A stretch of DNA of 63,414 nt, the filler included, from Octopus bimaculoides (taxonomy: Eukaryota), in the NCBI RefSeq assembly GCF_001194135.2. It is 4 parts of 4 records of this genome, joined end to end, with 100 filler letters (N's around TTAATTAATTAA, not from the genome) between each part and the next. Parts side by side here need not be neighbours in the genome. Positions count along the whole stretch, not along the records: positions 47,640 to 63,414 come from NC_069000.1; 3 more parts are not named here. One strand, 5' to 3'. Below, in pieces: positions 50,616-63,108 of the stretch (the stretch's first letter is position 1; each line of letters begins with the position of its first letter). The translations under genes were made by a program, and so were the position numbers. The notes under the pieces were generated by a model that was given only the letters and a program-made list of their open reading frames with translations, had not been told where the DNA came from and did no database searches.

Positions 50616-51485
50616 TGCTGTTCCTTCGATACATGAAGTTGCCGATAACCAAAAATGGTAAAAGTGTAGTAAAATTGGATTCTAACACTGGTGAAGTGAA
50701 GAGGTCAGTGAAAAAGAAAGACAGTGACGAATGCGTTGCCAGCCATTGTTGCTAGCGCGACAAGGTGAACAGAAATGAACAGACAACGTTATGGCTTGTT
50801 TTAAGAAGAATAAAGTGAGAAAGTAGCAGTGTTTCTTTATAGGCTTAAATATACAAACATTTCCAATATCAGATAATATTTGCATAAAAGAACTTGTTTT
50901 TACATCAGATGCATTATCAATATTTATCATCTTTTAATGACAAAAAGATGTTAAACTGAACTGATATAATCGTTTGGTGAATTACAGTAAAATTTTTCTT
51001 CGAAACTGAGATAAAAGCAAAATCTCTTTTCATTGTCTGGAATATGTTGCGAGCTGATTTTGAATTCTAATTAAACCCATACAAAATGACACTTACTATA
51101 ATAAAAGATGCTTTCTCTTATTTCTGTTTTCGAAAAGACACAGCCATTGTGGTGGAGTATCTGGTGGTAAAAGAAGCACGCATTAACCGGGAAGAAGAAT
51201 CGGTAAAAACCAGTGAACTTGAAACTCGGTTTCTGGAGAGGCAAGATCATGCCGGTGGGCACTTTTGGTAATTGGGATCTCGTCTGAACTAGAAATCGAA
51301 TGAAAGAAACGATAAGAAAAGGTTGCTTGCGGAATGGCCATCGCTAAAAGGAAGCTATTTCTGGAACGTCGATCAGAAATGTCAACTATCTACAAGTCCG
51401 TCTACGAGTGCTTGTGAATTGGCGATCGCATCTACAAGTGATGGTGTGCGCGAATCTAGTGCGAGTGAAAGTGATTCAGAAAACG

Positions 51486-51647
<162 letters not shown>

Positions 51648-51671
51648 TCTTTTATTATAAATAATCTTTTT

Positions 51672-51888
51672 GGCGGCGAGCTGGCACAATTATTAGCACG
51701 CTGAGCTAAAATGTATAGCGATATTTCGTCTACCGCGACATTCTAAGTTCAAATTCCACCGAGGTCGACTTTGCTTTTCATCCTTTCGGGGTCGATAAAT
51801 TAAGTACCAGTGAAACACTAGGGTCGATGAAATCGACTATTCTCCCCCCCCCTTAAATTACAAGCCTTGTCTCTATAGTAAAAAAGGA
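51672..51888 (+). mobile_element. SINE family B, full-length
   Basis: ggcggcgagctggc head through gccttgtctctatagtaaaaaagga tail. Confidence 0.9.
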
Positions 51889-52059
51889 TTATAAGTGATA
51901 TTGACATGTTTATTTACTTGACATAAAATATTCTTTACATTCTACTGTTGTTTTGTTGGCATTTATTAACGAGTATTATCAATTTTATAGGTAAAATATT
52001 TTTCTGGGAACGAATTACGATTTATAACGTTGCTACTATGAGAAATTATTGCCCTGCTT

Positions 52060-52400
52060 TACGAATTTTCGCTTTACGAGCGATCTCCGGGAACACTTTA
52101 AACTCGTATATCAAGACCTTACTGTATTTTTGTGCTGGATTATTGCATTCACTTAAGAGATATAACCATCTCCTGTTCCACGTTTCTATATTTACTCTCT
52201 GACTGTGTCATATCTGTCTTTGTTTTTACATCAAGTTCGTTCTAATGGATTGTTAGTGATTGCGTTTCTTGCTTCAGGTTTCCATCTGTCACAGACAGCG
52301 TTCTTTGCTTACAACGTACTCGTTTTCCTTCATGAATCGGCCATAAAATACCTTCTTTTTTTCAGTTATTTTTCCTGTTCTTTGAATTCTTCCTTCTGTT
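52060..52400 (-). pseudogene. Decayed Dong/R4-clade fragment 4 (pre-knuckle region)
   Basis: Minus strand: KVFYGRFMKE..VSKE, DGNLKQETQSL, KTDMTQSESKYR, parallel to KSDLKPEKEAL..IDNTSESDKCR in fragment 1. Confidence 0.6.
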
Positions 52401-52497
52401 CTTGAATCCTCTTATTGTTTCGCTGACTTTTTGGATATTTTCTGATATATCTAGCCCCGCAGATAACATTTTTTTCTTTACNNNNNNNNNNNNNNNN

Positions 52498-52542
<45 letters not shown>

Positions 52543-53149
52543 GTATATGTAGTATAGTTTTCAAGCCCAACATTGCAGCATTGATGGCAACTCGTCCTCC
52601 TCGCCCTCCTCGATAAATATATTGTTCAATGCTTCCTCGTATTATCGTTGGCTGTAATAGCATCAATGTCTCAATGGCCAGTAATAAACTTATCTAGACA
52701 TAAGACAGTTAGCGAGTGGTTTTGTCATTTAGCATTACAATAACACCAACATCAACACCAACAAAGCACAACTAGCAATTGTCACATTAAAAGAGAACGA
52801 CACCAACACAACAAACAACAAAACACAAATACCCACAGATACAGCACGTGACAGTTTTAACGTTAATGTCTCTATACGAGACGTTCTCTAACATGATTTT
52901 TGTCTTGTTACTTCTGCTAATCTTCATTTTCTCCTGATCATTACAAATATTGTTGAATAAGTCAAGACTGAAAATAAGCGAACAAACAAAGAAATAAACA
53001 CAAGAACAACACGAATTATACGGTGTAATTCCTACACTGGTGGCCGACTGGTGGAATCGTTTGAAAGTCAACTACAATACTTGTGAGATTTACGCACCCA
53101 AATTCAGTTTTAATCTGCTCATTTTTATAAATGCGAACAAATACATAAT

Positions 53150-53440
53150 GGTCAACCTCTCAATATCCATACAATTATTCATGCCCCTATTCCTGGAAAG
53201 GTCGTAGGGGCAAAGTCTTCAAGGACTTCTTCCGTAGGGTCCTATCAGAAGCAACCATATTTAAACTTTCGGCTAGACTCTCAAGCGTGACAAGCTGTGA
53301 ATATGAACATTACTCAACCATCTTTCTTTTGGTCTATCCCTCGGGTTCCTTGCCTGATCGCTTCGCTCGAAAAATCCAGTACTTGATCGATGCTCTATTT
53401 TATCGATCCGGTTGGATAAAAAGTAAAGTTCGTCCACGTA
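53150..53440 (-). mobile_element. RTE-like LINE 3' fragment with a structured 3' UTR
   Basis: ARNPRDRPKERWLSNV resembles the RTE C-terminal GKRPRGRPKKRW.D.V; hairpins lie downstream of it. Confidence 0.5.
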
Positions 53441-53504
53441 GTGCCGAGATATACAGAGATAGGGAGAGGCTAAGAGATATGGAAATAAAGAAGAGTCAAG
53501 CCAG

Positions 53505-53781
53505 AAAGGGATAAAGAGGGGTGAAGATGTAAAGAGATAAAAAGGGGTTAAGACATAAAGAGACAAAGAGGGGTCAAAATATAAAGGGACAAAGAGGGGG
53601 TTAAGTTAAAAGAAATAAAAAGGGGCCAGGACATAAAAGGATAAAAAGGGGCCAGGATATAAAGGGACAGGGAGGGTCAAGACATAAAGGGACAAAGAGG
53701 GTCAAGTTATGAAGGGACAATGCGGGGCTAAGATAAAAAGGGATAAAAAGGGACCAAGATATAAAGGGATAAAAAAGGGAC
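53505..53781. repeat. Degenerate ~26-bp purine-rich minisatellite, about 10-11 units
   Basis: Consensus read by eye: AAGAYATAAAGGGAYAAARAGGGGYC. Confidence 0.85.
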
Positions 53782-54528
53782 ATGTTGTAGAAAGTGGTAC
53801 TAAATTCCGTAAGGCATTTATTTCCGACGCTTCGCCACTCTGTCAGTTCGTCGCCTTATGTAAATTTATGATCATACTAGACATTACTAATAGGTATGTA
53901 AAAGTAGAAAATATTCAATCGTATTCTTAAAAAGAAATATTAATGTGAGACAACAACATAAATGTTTATTGATAAAGTTTCAACGGCAGCCATAATAAAT
54001 ATATTTACTAACACGTTTCGCCATCTCTGATAGTTGAGATCAAGGGAGTGAATTCATTGACTGAGTTAAAATGTTGTGTTGGACTTTAAACTTAAATATC
54101 GTTTAGATATTCATGAACTAAAAAAAAATATATCAATAAATATAAAAGTATTTGTTAGAAATAATACTTTTACTGAGGGGGCGGTGGGGGTGCGGGCTTT
54201 GGGTAATCTTTATGGAAGGTAACAGAGTAAAAAGGTAATATAAAAATGGATGCAAGAGAAAATATAAAATGAAATGTAGCGGTGGAATTGGTAGAAGGAA
54301 GGGAGACGATGTTGCATAGAGATTGCAATAAAGGTCTTGTTTATTCAGTTATATTAAAGGTGATATTAAATCTCAAAGTTATTAAGGTGTAGTACGGTAA
54401 TAAAAAGCGAACTAAAAATATTATACTAATATTTTGTATTATTATCTCTGGTCATCTCCTTAACTATGTATGCATGTATGTATGTATGTATGGCTGTATG
54501 CTTGTATGTATACCCGTATACATGTCTG

Positions 54529-54559
<31 letters not shown>

Positions 54560-54839
54560 NNNNNNNNNNNNNNNNNNNNNNNNNNNNNNNNNNNNNNNNN
54601 NNNNNNNNNNNNNNNNNNNNNNNNNNNNNNNNNNNNNNNNNNNNNNNNNNNNNNNNNNNNNNNNNNNNNNNNNNNNNNNNNNNNNNNNNNNNNNNNNNNN
54701 NNNNNNNNNNNNNNNNNNNNNNNNNNNNNNNNNNNNNNNNNNNNNNNNNNNNNNNNNNNNNNNNNNNNNNNNNNNNNNNNNNNNNNNNNNNNNNNNNNNN
54801 NNNNNNNNNNNNNNNNNNNNNNNNNNNNNNNNNNATATA

Positions 54840-54871
<32 letters not shown>

Positions 54872-54949
54872 GAGAGTGAGAGAAAGTAAATATAAATATA
54901 GAATATGTGTAAAAATAAAATATAAGAGAGAAAGGATAATAAGTTGTTC

Positions 54950-55370
54950 GTGGATGCATTGAATACAAAGAGAATTACGAAGGAAACGATGCAGAAGAAG
55001 GTGATTCATGCAGGCAGAATGTGGAAGGTGTTGGAGATTAAAAGAAAGAATAGACGAGAATGCAGAAAAAGATGGTAATAATGTCTAAGTTATTATGGGA
55101 TAATAAGTTTGGTAATAAATCTCGATGATATCAAGGTGAAGTGTAATAAAACGATATTGAATGAAGGCGAATATGAAATAAATATATAAAATGAAATAAG
55201 AAAATTAAGAATGAATAATACGATGATCCTCGGTGGACTGAATAGAACGCGGTAATATGTTGTTGGTTGGAATATAAATGGTAAATGGCAATATGTTTGT
55301 GGGATTGACTTGTAAGAAGGTTGAAATAGTACGAAATGATTATGTTTAAAATGTCATGGTATATAGTGAG
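54950..55370 (+). pseudogene. Possible decayed LINE endonuclease fragment
   Basis: MILGGLNR (GDFNA-like) followed by VNGNMFVGLTC..VRND (N.NG..L..C..N-like); weak. Confidence 0.3.
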
Positions 55371-56179
55371 AAGAAACTATGAAGGGAGCTGAACAGCTGA
55401 AGAAAAGAAACCACGCTCCCAGGTAAGTGTTTCTGGCCCTTAGCTCCTTACAATGTATGCTGGCCGGGCCGCGAGGGTCTTTTTTCCCAAGAGAGTGCCG
55501 GACCCCAGTAATAAACTCATTTGCATACAGCCGATCAGAGATCGCCTTAAAAATTCACATACTGTGTACTACTACAGTTCAGCCAGTCAGGCATAGAATG
55601 GTGTATGCCACTCTGTGAGCACAGCATAGCAGGTCTCCCGTAAGTACCACATTCTACCCGACCATCCTCATAGATCAATTGAGCACCATCTCTATATGGA
55701 GCTAGCATTAGGTACCTATTCTGAGACTGAGGTTAGTGATACTGCATGTACCCATTGATATATGCAAGGACACAACACCATATTGACGATAAGACATAAC
55801 ACTGAACCCCTACGTGACTTTGGTAATTAATTTTAATTGATGAATTTTACTTTGTAAGATCCGAATTCTCACAGATGCTACCAAGATGGTGGTACATATT
55901 TCAACGTTGGTTGTACATATTTCAGTCATAATAACATCAGTACCTTTTTCTTTGTTATAATCTTAAATATAATTCTTTAATCATACCTGATTATTCATTT
56001 TCTACTTTTGCGTAGCCCTAATATTTAGTATCATCATAAATATATTAAACATATTTCGTAATTTCATATTTAATCATTTAATTATTTCGATGGGAGATTC
56101 ATGGCATTTCTGAAATAATAACAAAGCAAGCAAAATTTGTAAATTTATAAACCAATTAATATGAACCATATACATTGAT

Positions 56180-56226
<47 letters not shown>

Positions 56227-56584
56227 NNNNNNNNNNNNNNNNNNNNNNNNNNNNNNNNNNNNNNNNNNNNNNNNNNNNNNNNNNNNNNNNNNNNNNNNNN
56301 NNNNNNNNNNNNNNNNNNNNNNNNNNNNNNNNNNNNNNNNNNNNNNNNNNNNNNNNNNNNNNNNNNNNNNNNNNNNNNNNNNNNNNNNNNNNNNNNNNNN
56401 NNNNNNNNNNNNNNNNNNNNNNNNNNNNNNNNNNNNNNNNNNNNNNNNNNNNNNNNNNNNNNNNNNNNNNNNNNNNNNNNNNNNNNNNNNNNNNNNNNNN
56501 NNNNNNNNNNNNNNNNNNNNNNNNNNNNNNNNNNNNNNNNNNNNNNNNNNNNNNNNNNNNNNNNNNNNNNNNNNNNNNNNNNNN

Positions 56585-56661
<77 letters not shown>

Positions 56662-56679
56662 AATTACTAACTATTATCA

Positions 56680-57200
56680 TTTATTTATTGCTGAAATTGT
56701 TTTCGATTGAAATCAAACTGTTTGTTCTGTTCAAAGAGTCATTGTCGTTTTTAATAACGATAAATTCTTCGCGATTTAGAGAGAATCTCTTGTTTCAGGC
56801 GTTATTTGGTTTCAGCTATTTCCTCTTGTTTTTTCTTTTCCTAATCTTTTATTTCGGTCGCTTTTTTTTCTTTCAATTGCGTTTTTCGCTATTGATTTCA
56901 TTAAGACTTCAGAGGTTTCTTTCCTTTCCTTCTCTATCTTTTTCTCCATATTTCTTTCCCAAGTTGTTTTATTGAGTTTTAGTATTGTTGGATGAGTATA
57001 TCTGACGAAGTATCCACTTTCCCTTTTAACTACTGTCGCTACAGTATCTGGTTTATCCTGGCGATCTTAATATTTGTGTCCATTCTCATTAAGTCCTCGA
57101 TCGTCAGCTTTGCTCTCTTTGATGTTGTTACCGTTAAGAATTTTTTTTTTCCTGGGAAGTGCTTTCGGAAGGAGATCTTTCACTTTTACAGAATTACAGC
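56680..57200 (-). pseudogene. Decayed Dong/R4-clade fragment 5 (pre-RT helical region), ending at (AAT)n
   Basis: RLKQEILSKSRRIYRY.KRQ.LFEQNKQFDFNRKQF matches the LKQ.I.AK..RI.RY.KR..F.QN..F..N.K.F pattern of these elements. Confidence 0.6.
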
Positions 57201-57529
57201 ATGGAATACTCACATTAGCCATTCAAAAGCAGCTGAGATGCAGTGGAACTCGCCGCAGTGACTAGGTCGTAGCTAGTGTGACAAAAATTTTGACACCAAA
57301 TAATAAACGTATAAGTGAAGTTAACAGTTTTGTGCGTCTTTGTAATTATTTTAGTTTCAACACACACTTTCAGACCAAATCAAGCACAACTCCGAAACTT
57401 CATGTTACATATCATAGCTATTTGAAGAGCTGGGTTATTGTTATATTTATAATTTAAATTCAATATGTTTATAATTGAAATAATAATCAAAATTGCCGTC
57501 GGTAACCGGAAATTTGTTGTTGTATAATA

Positions 57530-57589
57530 TTATTATTATTAATAATAATAATAATAATAATAATAGTAGTAGTAGTAGTAGTAGTAGTA

Positions 57590-57644
<55 letters not shown>

Positions 57645-57667
57645 GTCTATGGTGCCATATATTATCA

Positions 57668-57725
<58 letters not shown>

Positions 57726-57735
57726 CATGATCATG

Positions 57736-57775
<40 letters not shown>
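57530..57775. repeat. Compound microsatellite (ATT)(AAT)(AGT)(AAT)-spacer-(ATT)(ATC)
   Basis: Read directly. Confidence 0.95.
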
Positions 57776-57776
<1 letters not shown>

Positions 57777-57781
57777 TGTTT

Positions 57782-58025
57782 AAGGCGGCAGCCGGCAGAA
57801 TCGTTAGCACGCAGGACGAAAAAGCGAACTACAATACTCTCCTAATTATAATAAAATTCTATTATGAGCAGATGACCTGAAATTTCGAGATAAGTTCCAG
57901 TGTTCAACTGGTACTTAATTTATCGGCCTCGAAAGATAAAGTCGTCCCCGGTAAACGTAATGACGGATGAAATGCCGCTAAGCATTTTGTCCGTCGTGCT
58001 AACGATCCTGTCAACACACCACCTT
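57782..58025. mobile_element. SINE family B head (+, 57782-57826) and degenerate copy (-, 57865-58025)
   Basis: ggcagaatcgttagcacg on +; gccgctaagcattttgtccgtcgtgctaacgat, the reverse complement of a head. Confidence 0.75.
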
Positions 58026-59596
58026 ATTAATAATAGCAAATGTGTTTCTGTTTGCGTTGATTTTCAGGTATATTCTTCATATTTGAATGTTGTGTCGTCA
58101 TAGTGAATCTCATTAACAAAAGTTGAAGAGCTGAAATTGTTTTCTTTGTAATTTTCCATTTGAAAAACTTCCTTTTCGAAGTAAACAGCATTATTTAAAA
58201 AGCGAAACTGTTGTCATTATTTTCTAATAAAAGTGATAAATGTTACAGCAGTGGTGACGACACATAGTATATTAGAACAAGAGGGAAAGGGTGAGGATTA
58301 ACTGAAAGAGAGGTGGTGTTAGACAGTGTGTAATGGAGAAAGACACACACATACACATACACATACACACACAAACACACACAAACACACGCACAGATAG
58401 ACACACAGACAGACACACACATAAGGACAGTGAACGAAGAGAGACAGAAGAAAAATCAGAAGAGGAGTGGAAGAAGAAAGAAGAAAGAAAAAGAAGAAGA
58501 TATTGATGATGATGATGATGATGATGATGATAAATGTTGTAAAGTGTAAAGATTGAAAGCGCTGCTGGTAGACATCAGCATTTCGAAAAATATATATATC
58601 AAATATACTTATATCTTTAGAAATTTCGGAAAACTTGTATACACACATGCACGCACATATACACACATACACGTGTGTTCAATGTGTGTGAGTGTGTGTA
58701 AGGATGTGTGTATGTATCTAATGCTGTATGTCTTCTGAAATTTCTGAAGTATGATGGTACTATATATATATATGTGTATGTNNNNNNNNNNNNNNNNNNN
58801 NNNNNNNNNNNNNNNNNNNNNNNNNNNNNNNNNNNNNNNNNNNNNNNNNNNNNNNNNNNNNNNNNNNNNNNNNNNNNNNNNNNNNNNNNNNNNNNNNNNN
58901 NNNNNNNNNNNNNNNNNNNNNNNNNNNNNNNNNNNNNNNNNNNNNNNNNNNNNNNNNNNNNNNNNNNNNNNNNNNNNNNNNNNNNNNNNNNNNNNNNNNN
59001 NNNNNNNNNNNNNNNNNNNNNNNNNNNNNNNNNNNNNNNNNNNNNNNNNNNNNNNNNNNNNNNNNNNNNNNNNNNNNNNNNNNNNNNNNNNNNNNNNNNN
59101 NNNNNNNNNNNNNNNNNNNNNNNNNNNNNNNNNNNNCATACATCACAGCGTCAAGCCATGTCTGAAACAGAATTTAGAAGTTTTTATCTGAATTAGAATT
59201 ATAACCTTTGAGCTATAGACGAACATCATCATCATCATCATCATCATCATCATAATCATCATCATCACCACCACCACCACCACCACCACCACCACAATCG
59301 TCATCGTCGTTTTTATCATCATCGAAATTGTTTACAATTACTCTCTGACTCACCGTTTCGTTCTCAGTTCAAACCTTTACTTTTCGTTATTTCCTGGGAC
59401 ATGAAAATAAAAAAAAAGGAACTAATATACTAAACTTGCTATTATTGACAGTTTTCCCTCTTTTTATCTCTTATCTTCTTCATATGTTATCAATTCCTTA
59501 CAATAATTCTATAGGAGTTTCTATTGCACTGCATCGGGGCGTTTTACTCTTTGCTCCGTGAAGTATGTTTTACTTCTTTATATCAGCTAGAAATCA

Positions 59597-59958
59597 GCGA
59601 ACTGCTAGAATCGTTGTCATATCAATTCCGCCGAGGTCGACTTTGCCTTTCATCCTTTCGGGGTCGATAAATTAAGTACCAGTTGGGTACTGGTGTCCAC
59701 TTAATCAACAGGCCCCCTCCCCCAAAATTTCGGGCCTTGTCTCTAGAGTAGAAAAGAATCGTGATCATGTCGGATAAAATGCATAACGGTGTTTCGTCCG
59801 TTTTTACGTTCTGAATTTAAATTCCACCGAGGTCGACTTTGCCAGCATTCATCCCTTCGAGGTCGGTAAATTAAGCACCAGTTGAGCACTGGGGTCGATG
59901 TAATCAACTTACCCCCTCCCTGAACTTGCGGGCCTTGTGCCAAAATATGAAACCGATA
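59597..59958 (+). mobile_element. Two head-to-tail SINE family B copies with different tails
   Basis: Copy 1 ends ccttgtctctagagtagaaaagaat; copy 2 ends ccttgtgccaaaatatgaaacc. Confidence 0.88.
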
Positions 59959-60037
59959 TTAGTTTAGCTATTTTGCATCGCGTGCTTGTCTCGTCCAGTT
60001 TACTAGCATAGTCTTGTATCAGAGAGGCATGACGTAT

Positions 60038-60130
60038 ATACCCTTTCCAGGCATACCCTTTCCAGGCATACCCTTTCCAGGCATACCCTTTCCAGGCATA
60101 CCTTCGTTTATGGCATACCCTCCTGTGGAC
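60038..60130. repeat. 15-bp minisatellite ATACCCTTTCCAGGC: four perfect and two degenerate units
   Basis: Perfect units at 60038, 60053, 60068 and 60083. Confidence 0.95.
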
Positions 60131-60876
60131 ATCGAAGGGGTGAAGCGATCTGTATTTCGACTGAAGAATAGCAACTTTGATGCTATGTTGTTTCATTATT
60201 GAACATTTCATTGGAACATCAACAGATTCATTTGAATGGCAACACATTGTCTATAAAGTACGACGGTTCACTCCAGATTAAATAATTTCTGGTAGGATTC
60301 AGTCTTGGTATTCAGAAGAACAGCTCTGTTAAATGGAGAGGCTATTCATAGACCTGACGATCTATAGTTTCCTGTCAACAGGTTCTTTAGAATAGTACCA
60401 TTAAGGCTTTCATCCGTTATCAAGCTCTGACAGTGCAGAATAATATTCAGTGTTAATCAGATTAACGTAACTGTTCCTACCATAAATATTTCCTGAAAAG
60501 GAACAAGTTGGAATAATCAAGAGGTTATCTCCATTACAAGTGAATTCTTTGTCTTTGGAAATGTAGAATAGCCACGTTGAATGAAGAATTTATAGGTTAA
60601 AAGATGTAAACGGATTATTGTTCATGTAATTGACGTATATACGCCAGGCATCACCGACTCTTGAAAAATTAAGAGTCTTAAAAGCAATTATACTTTCGTG
60701 ATTGAGAAGACATGTTTCTAGTTTGGCTAGAAGCTGAACCAGCACAAATGATATATTTCATGTTGGCCAGTTTGAAAATTCAAAATGACAGCTATGCAGG
60801 TGTCTTCGCAAATAACAACGTAAATGATAATAAAAAAAAAATATTGTGATTTGCTTGAAGCATTGTAATGCGTAAA

Positions 60877-61313
60877 TGATACAAATATTTCTAAAGTAAG
60901 CCTTTAAGCAATGCGGTGAGAAGTTAGGAAAAATATGTACGGCAATACCAATACATAAAGACAAAAGTAAGATATTGTATCATTCTACATAAGTCATTTA
61001 ACGTTTCTATTATATCTCGGAAAAGCTTCTCTTTATCAAATATAAGGTAAAAAATAAACCGTGAGTTCGCGGAAAAAAGTGTTATTACTGGCATAATTAT
61101 AGGCCTACGGATTTTAGCACTTTTCTCCGAACGGTTGGATAATTTTGTCTTACATTTGATAAAACGAACATTCCCCAAAATTTAATAGAAGCATTAAACA
61201 ACCTATGTAGGATGATACAATGCATAATATTTATATTTATTGGCGTTACACTACATATCATTTCCAATGTCTTACTTGCACTTCTTAAAGGTCTTCTTAA
61301 AATATTCATATCA
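60877..61313. repeat. Spacer-less imperfect palindrome, ~220-bp arms, centre ATAATTAT (61093-61100)
   Basis: 61143-61240 vs the reverse complement of 60955-61052: 72/98 identical without gaps. Ends are TGATA..TATCA with AAA on both flanks. Confidence 0.85.
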
Positions 61314-61583
61314 AAATAAATTATGATCCTAGATTGACTAGAAGCCGAATTGACACAAATGAACTTGTTGCCATATTGGAACTCCGAAATGACATTTATA
61401 GACGTATGTACACAGGTAGGAGCGTACATGTCCGGTTTTCTCATGCTTGGAAAACTCTAAAAATGTATAGTTTTGATTATCTCCAAAAAGTTTGAACGAG
61501 GAAAAAACCTAATGAACCCAGTTAGCATTCGAAGTAAAAATAATTAATATGTCAAATGTTTATGGGGTGTCTTAAAGCAGATT

Positions 61584-61660
61584 GAGAGGCATGGTATAGT
61601 GGTTTGAACGACAAGCTAACGCTTATTAAGTCGCAGGTTCGGTTCTCGGGTCGGGCGAAA
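61584..61660 (+). mobile_element. tRNA-like SINE head remnant
   Basis: ggcatggtatagtggtttga (A box) .. gcaggttcggttctc (B box). Confidence 0.45.
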
Positions 61661-62349
61661 CTTTCTGTTTATTTCTTCCTTTTTAATTAGGAGAAAAGGC
61701 ACAAGGCCTCCGAGATTGGTGTCAGCGAAGAAGGAACGTGTCATCAAACTGGAAACTTGTCCCGAATGCTTGTAACACAATGAACTCAGCTAAAGGTACC
61801 CAATGCACAAGGACGGGTACCCAGTTTATGAGGTAAATGCTTAAATACATGACACGGAATGTGGGATAAAACTGAATTAATAGTTAATAGCTCTGGAGGT
61901 TAATGGCTTCCACAGAACTTATCATAAATTTATTCTAATACAGCCATTATATTTGATTTTCTTTCATTCTGTCCGTTGCTCTATCCATACATCACCTAAC
62001 CACCCATCGATTAATCTATCTACCTATCTACCTATCTATCTATCTATCTATCTATCTAGCTAGCTATCTACTCTTCGAATCTGTCCATCCTTTTATCTGC
62101 TATGCTTGATATTACCATTTATGGCCGTGTGCAATTGGGAGACAAAAAACAAAACCAAAACCAAAACCAAAGCAAGAAAGAAAGAGACCTTTATAATTAA
62201 AAAGAAAGAATATTTGGCGTTTCGTTTGTGCTATTTGTTATATTTCTGTCACATGTTTTGGTATATGTAATGAAGAATCGTTGATAATCACCCGCCGCGT
62301 ACTGATTTGTGTGTAATAATGCGCTTTGATTCGGGTTCCTTCATATCCT

Positions 62350-62354
<5 letters not shown>

Positions 62355-62412
<58 letters not shown>
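62355..62412. repeat. (AG)n microsatellite
   Basis: Read directly; another lies at 50561-50612. Confidence 0.95.
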
Positions 62413-62417
<5 letters not shown>

Positions 62418-62744
62418 GGTGGGGTGGGGAGATTTTATTGCAGGCACTCGTTAATGATGCGTCATTATATACTAGAATTATATTATCATTGATGATAAAT
62501 GGTTTCTCATGAAATACGGTGTATTATATATCACGCAGGTTTTAAAAACAAACCGATACGTACTGATGTTGTAATACCGAAGCTAACGAGTGTGTTTGAT
62601 GTCTATTGATAACAAAAAAAGAAGAGACCAATGTCCGAAACAGCTATGGAACAGATAGAAGAGTCGATGGTGTATATGAACTCCAGCTGAGAGATCGATC
62701 AACAGCAATGCGCATTGTTTTATTTCAGTGATAGCGAATGCTGG

Positions 62745-62810
62745 TGGTTAAGTGGTTAGCGTATCCGACTTACAATCGTGAGTTCGAAATCTGGCGGCCA
62801 GCTGTGTTAC
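62745..62810 (+). mobile_element. tRNA-like SINE head remnant (family C-like)
   Basis: ttaagtggttagcgt..cgtgagttcgaaatc. Confidence 0.5.
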
Positions 62811-63045
62811 TTTTTTTCTTCTTCTGCAGTTACTTTTAATAGACTTGAATATAAGCTGGTAGTACCATTCTGTGACCAGCTGACAAACTTGTTCCTTGTT
62901 TTATTAGAAAGCAGTGTAAAGTCTCTTATCTGCTCTTTGTGTAAAAAGACTCGTGGATAAATGGTTAAGAGTATTTGGCTCACAAAGATAAGTTCCTGAG
63001 TTCCTGAGCGTGTATATACATGCATACATACATACATACATACAT

Positions 63046-63108
<63 letters not shown>

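Noticed and set aside
50634-50756. 40-aa ORF MKLPITKNGKSVVKLDSNTGEVKR..
   Set aside because: Too short, no homologous motif and no splice support.
55379-55428. ATG..CAG|GTAAGT candidate first coding exon (MKGAEQLKKRNHAP)
   Set aside because: One perfect donor is roughly expected by chance in this window; no downstream exon was found, and the upstream DNA looks LINE-derived.
60409-60492. Minus-strand terminal exon after ttgttccttttcAG (GNIYGRNSYVNLINTEYYSALSELDNG-stop)
   Set aside because: The frame is also open upstream of the AG, the segment lies within the ancient duplicated block, and no partner exon was identified.
61097-61444. 115-aa, 84-aa and 68-aa overlapping minus-strand ORFs as a GPCR-like pseudogene
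   Set aside because: Their mutual similarity is explained by the DNA palindrome, and substitutions show no clear third-position bias.
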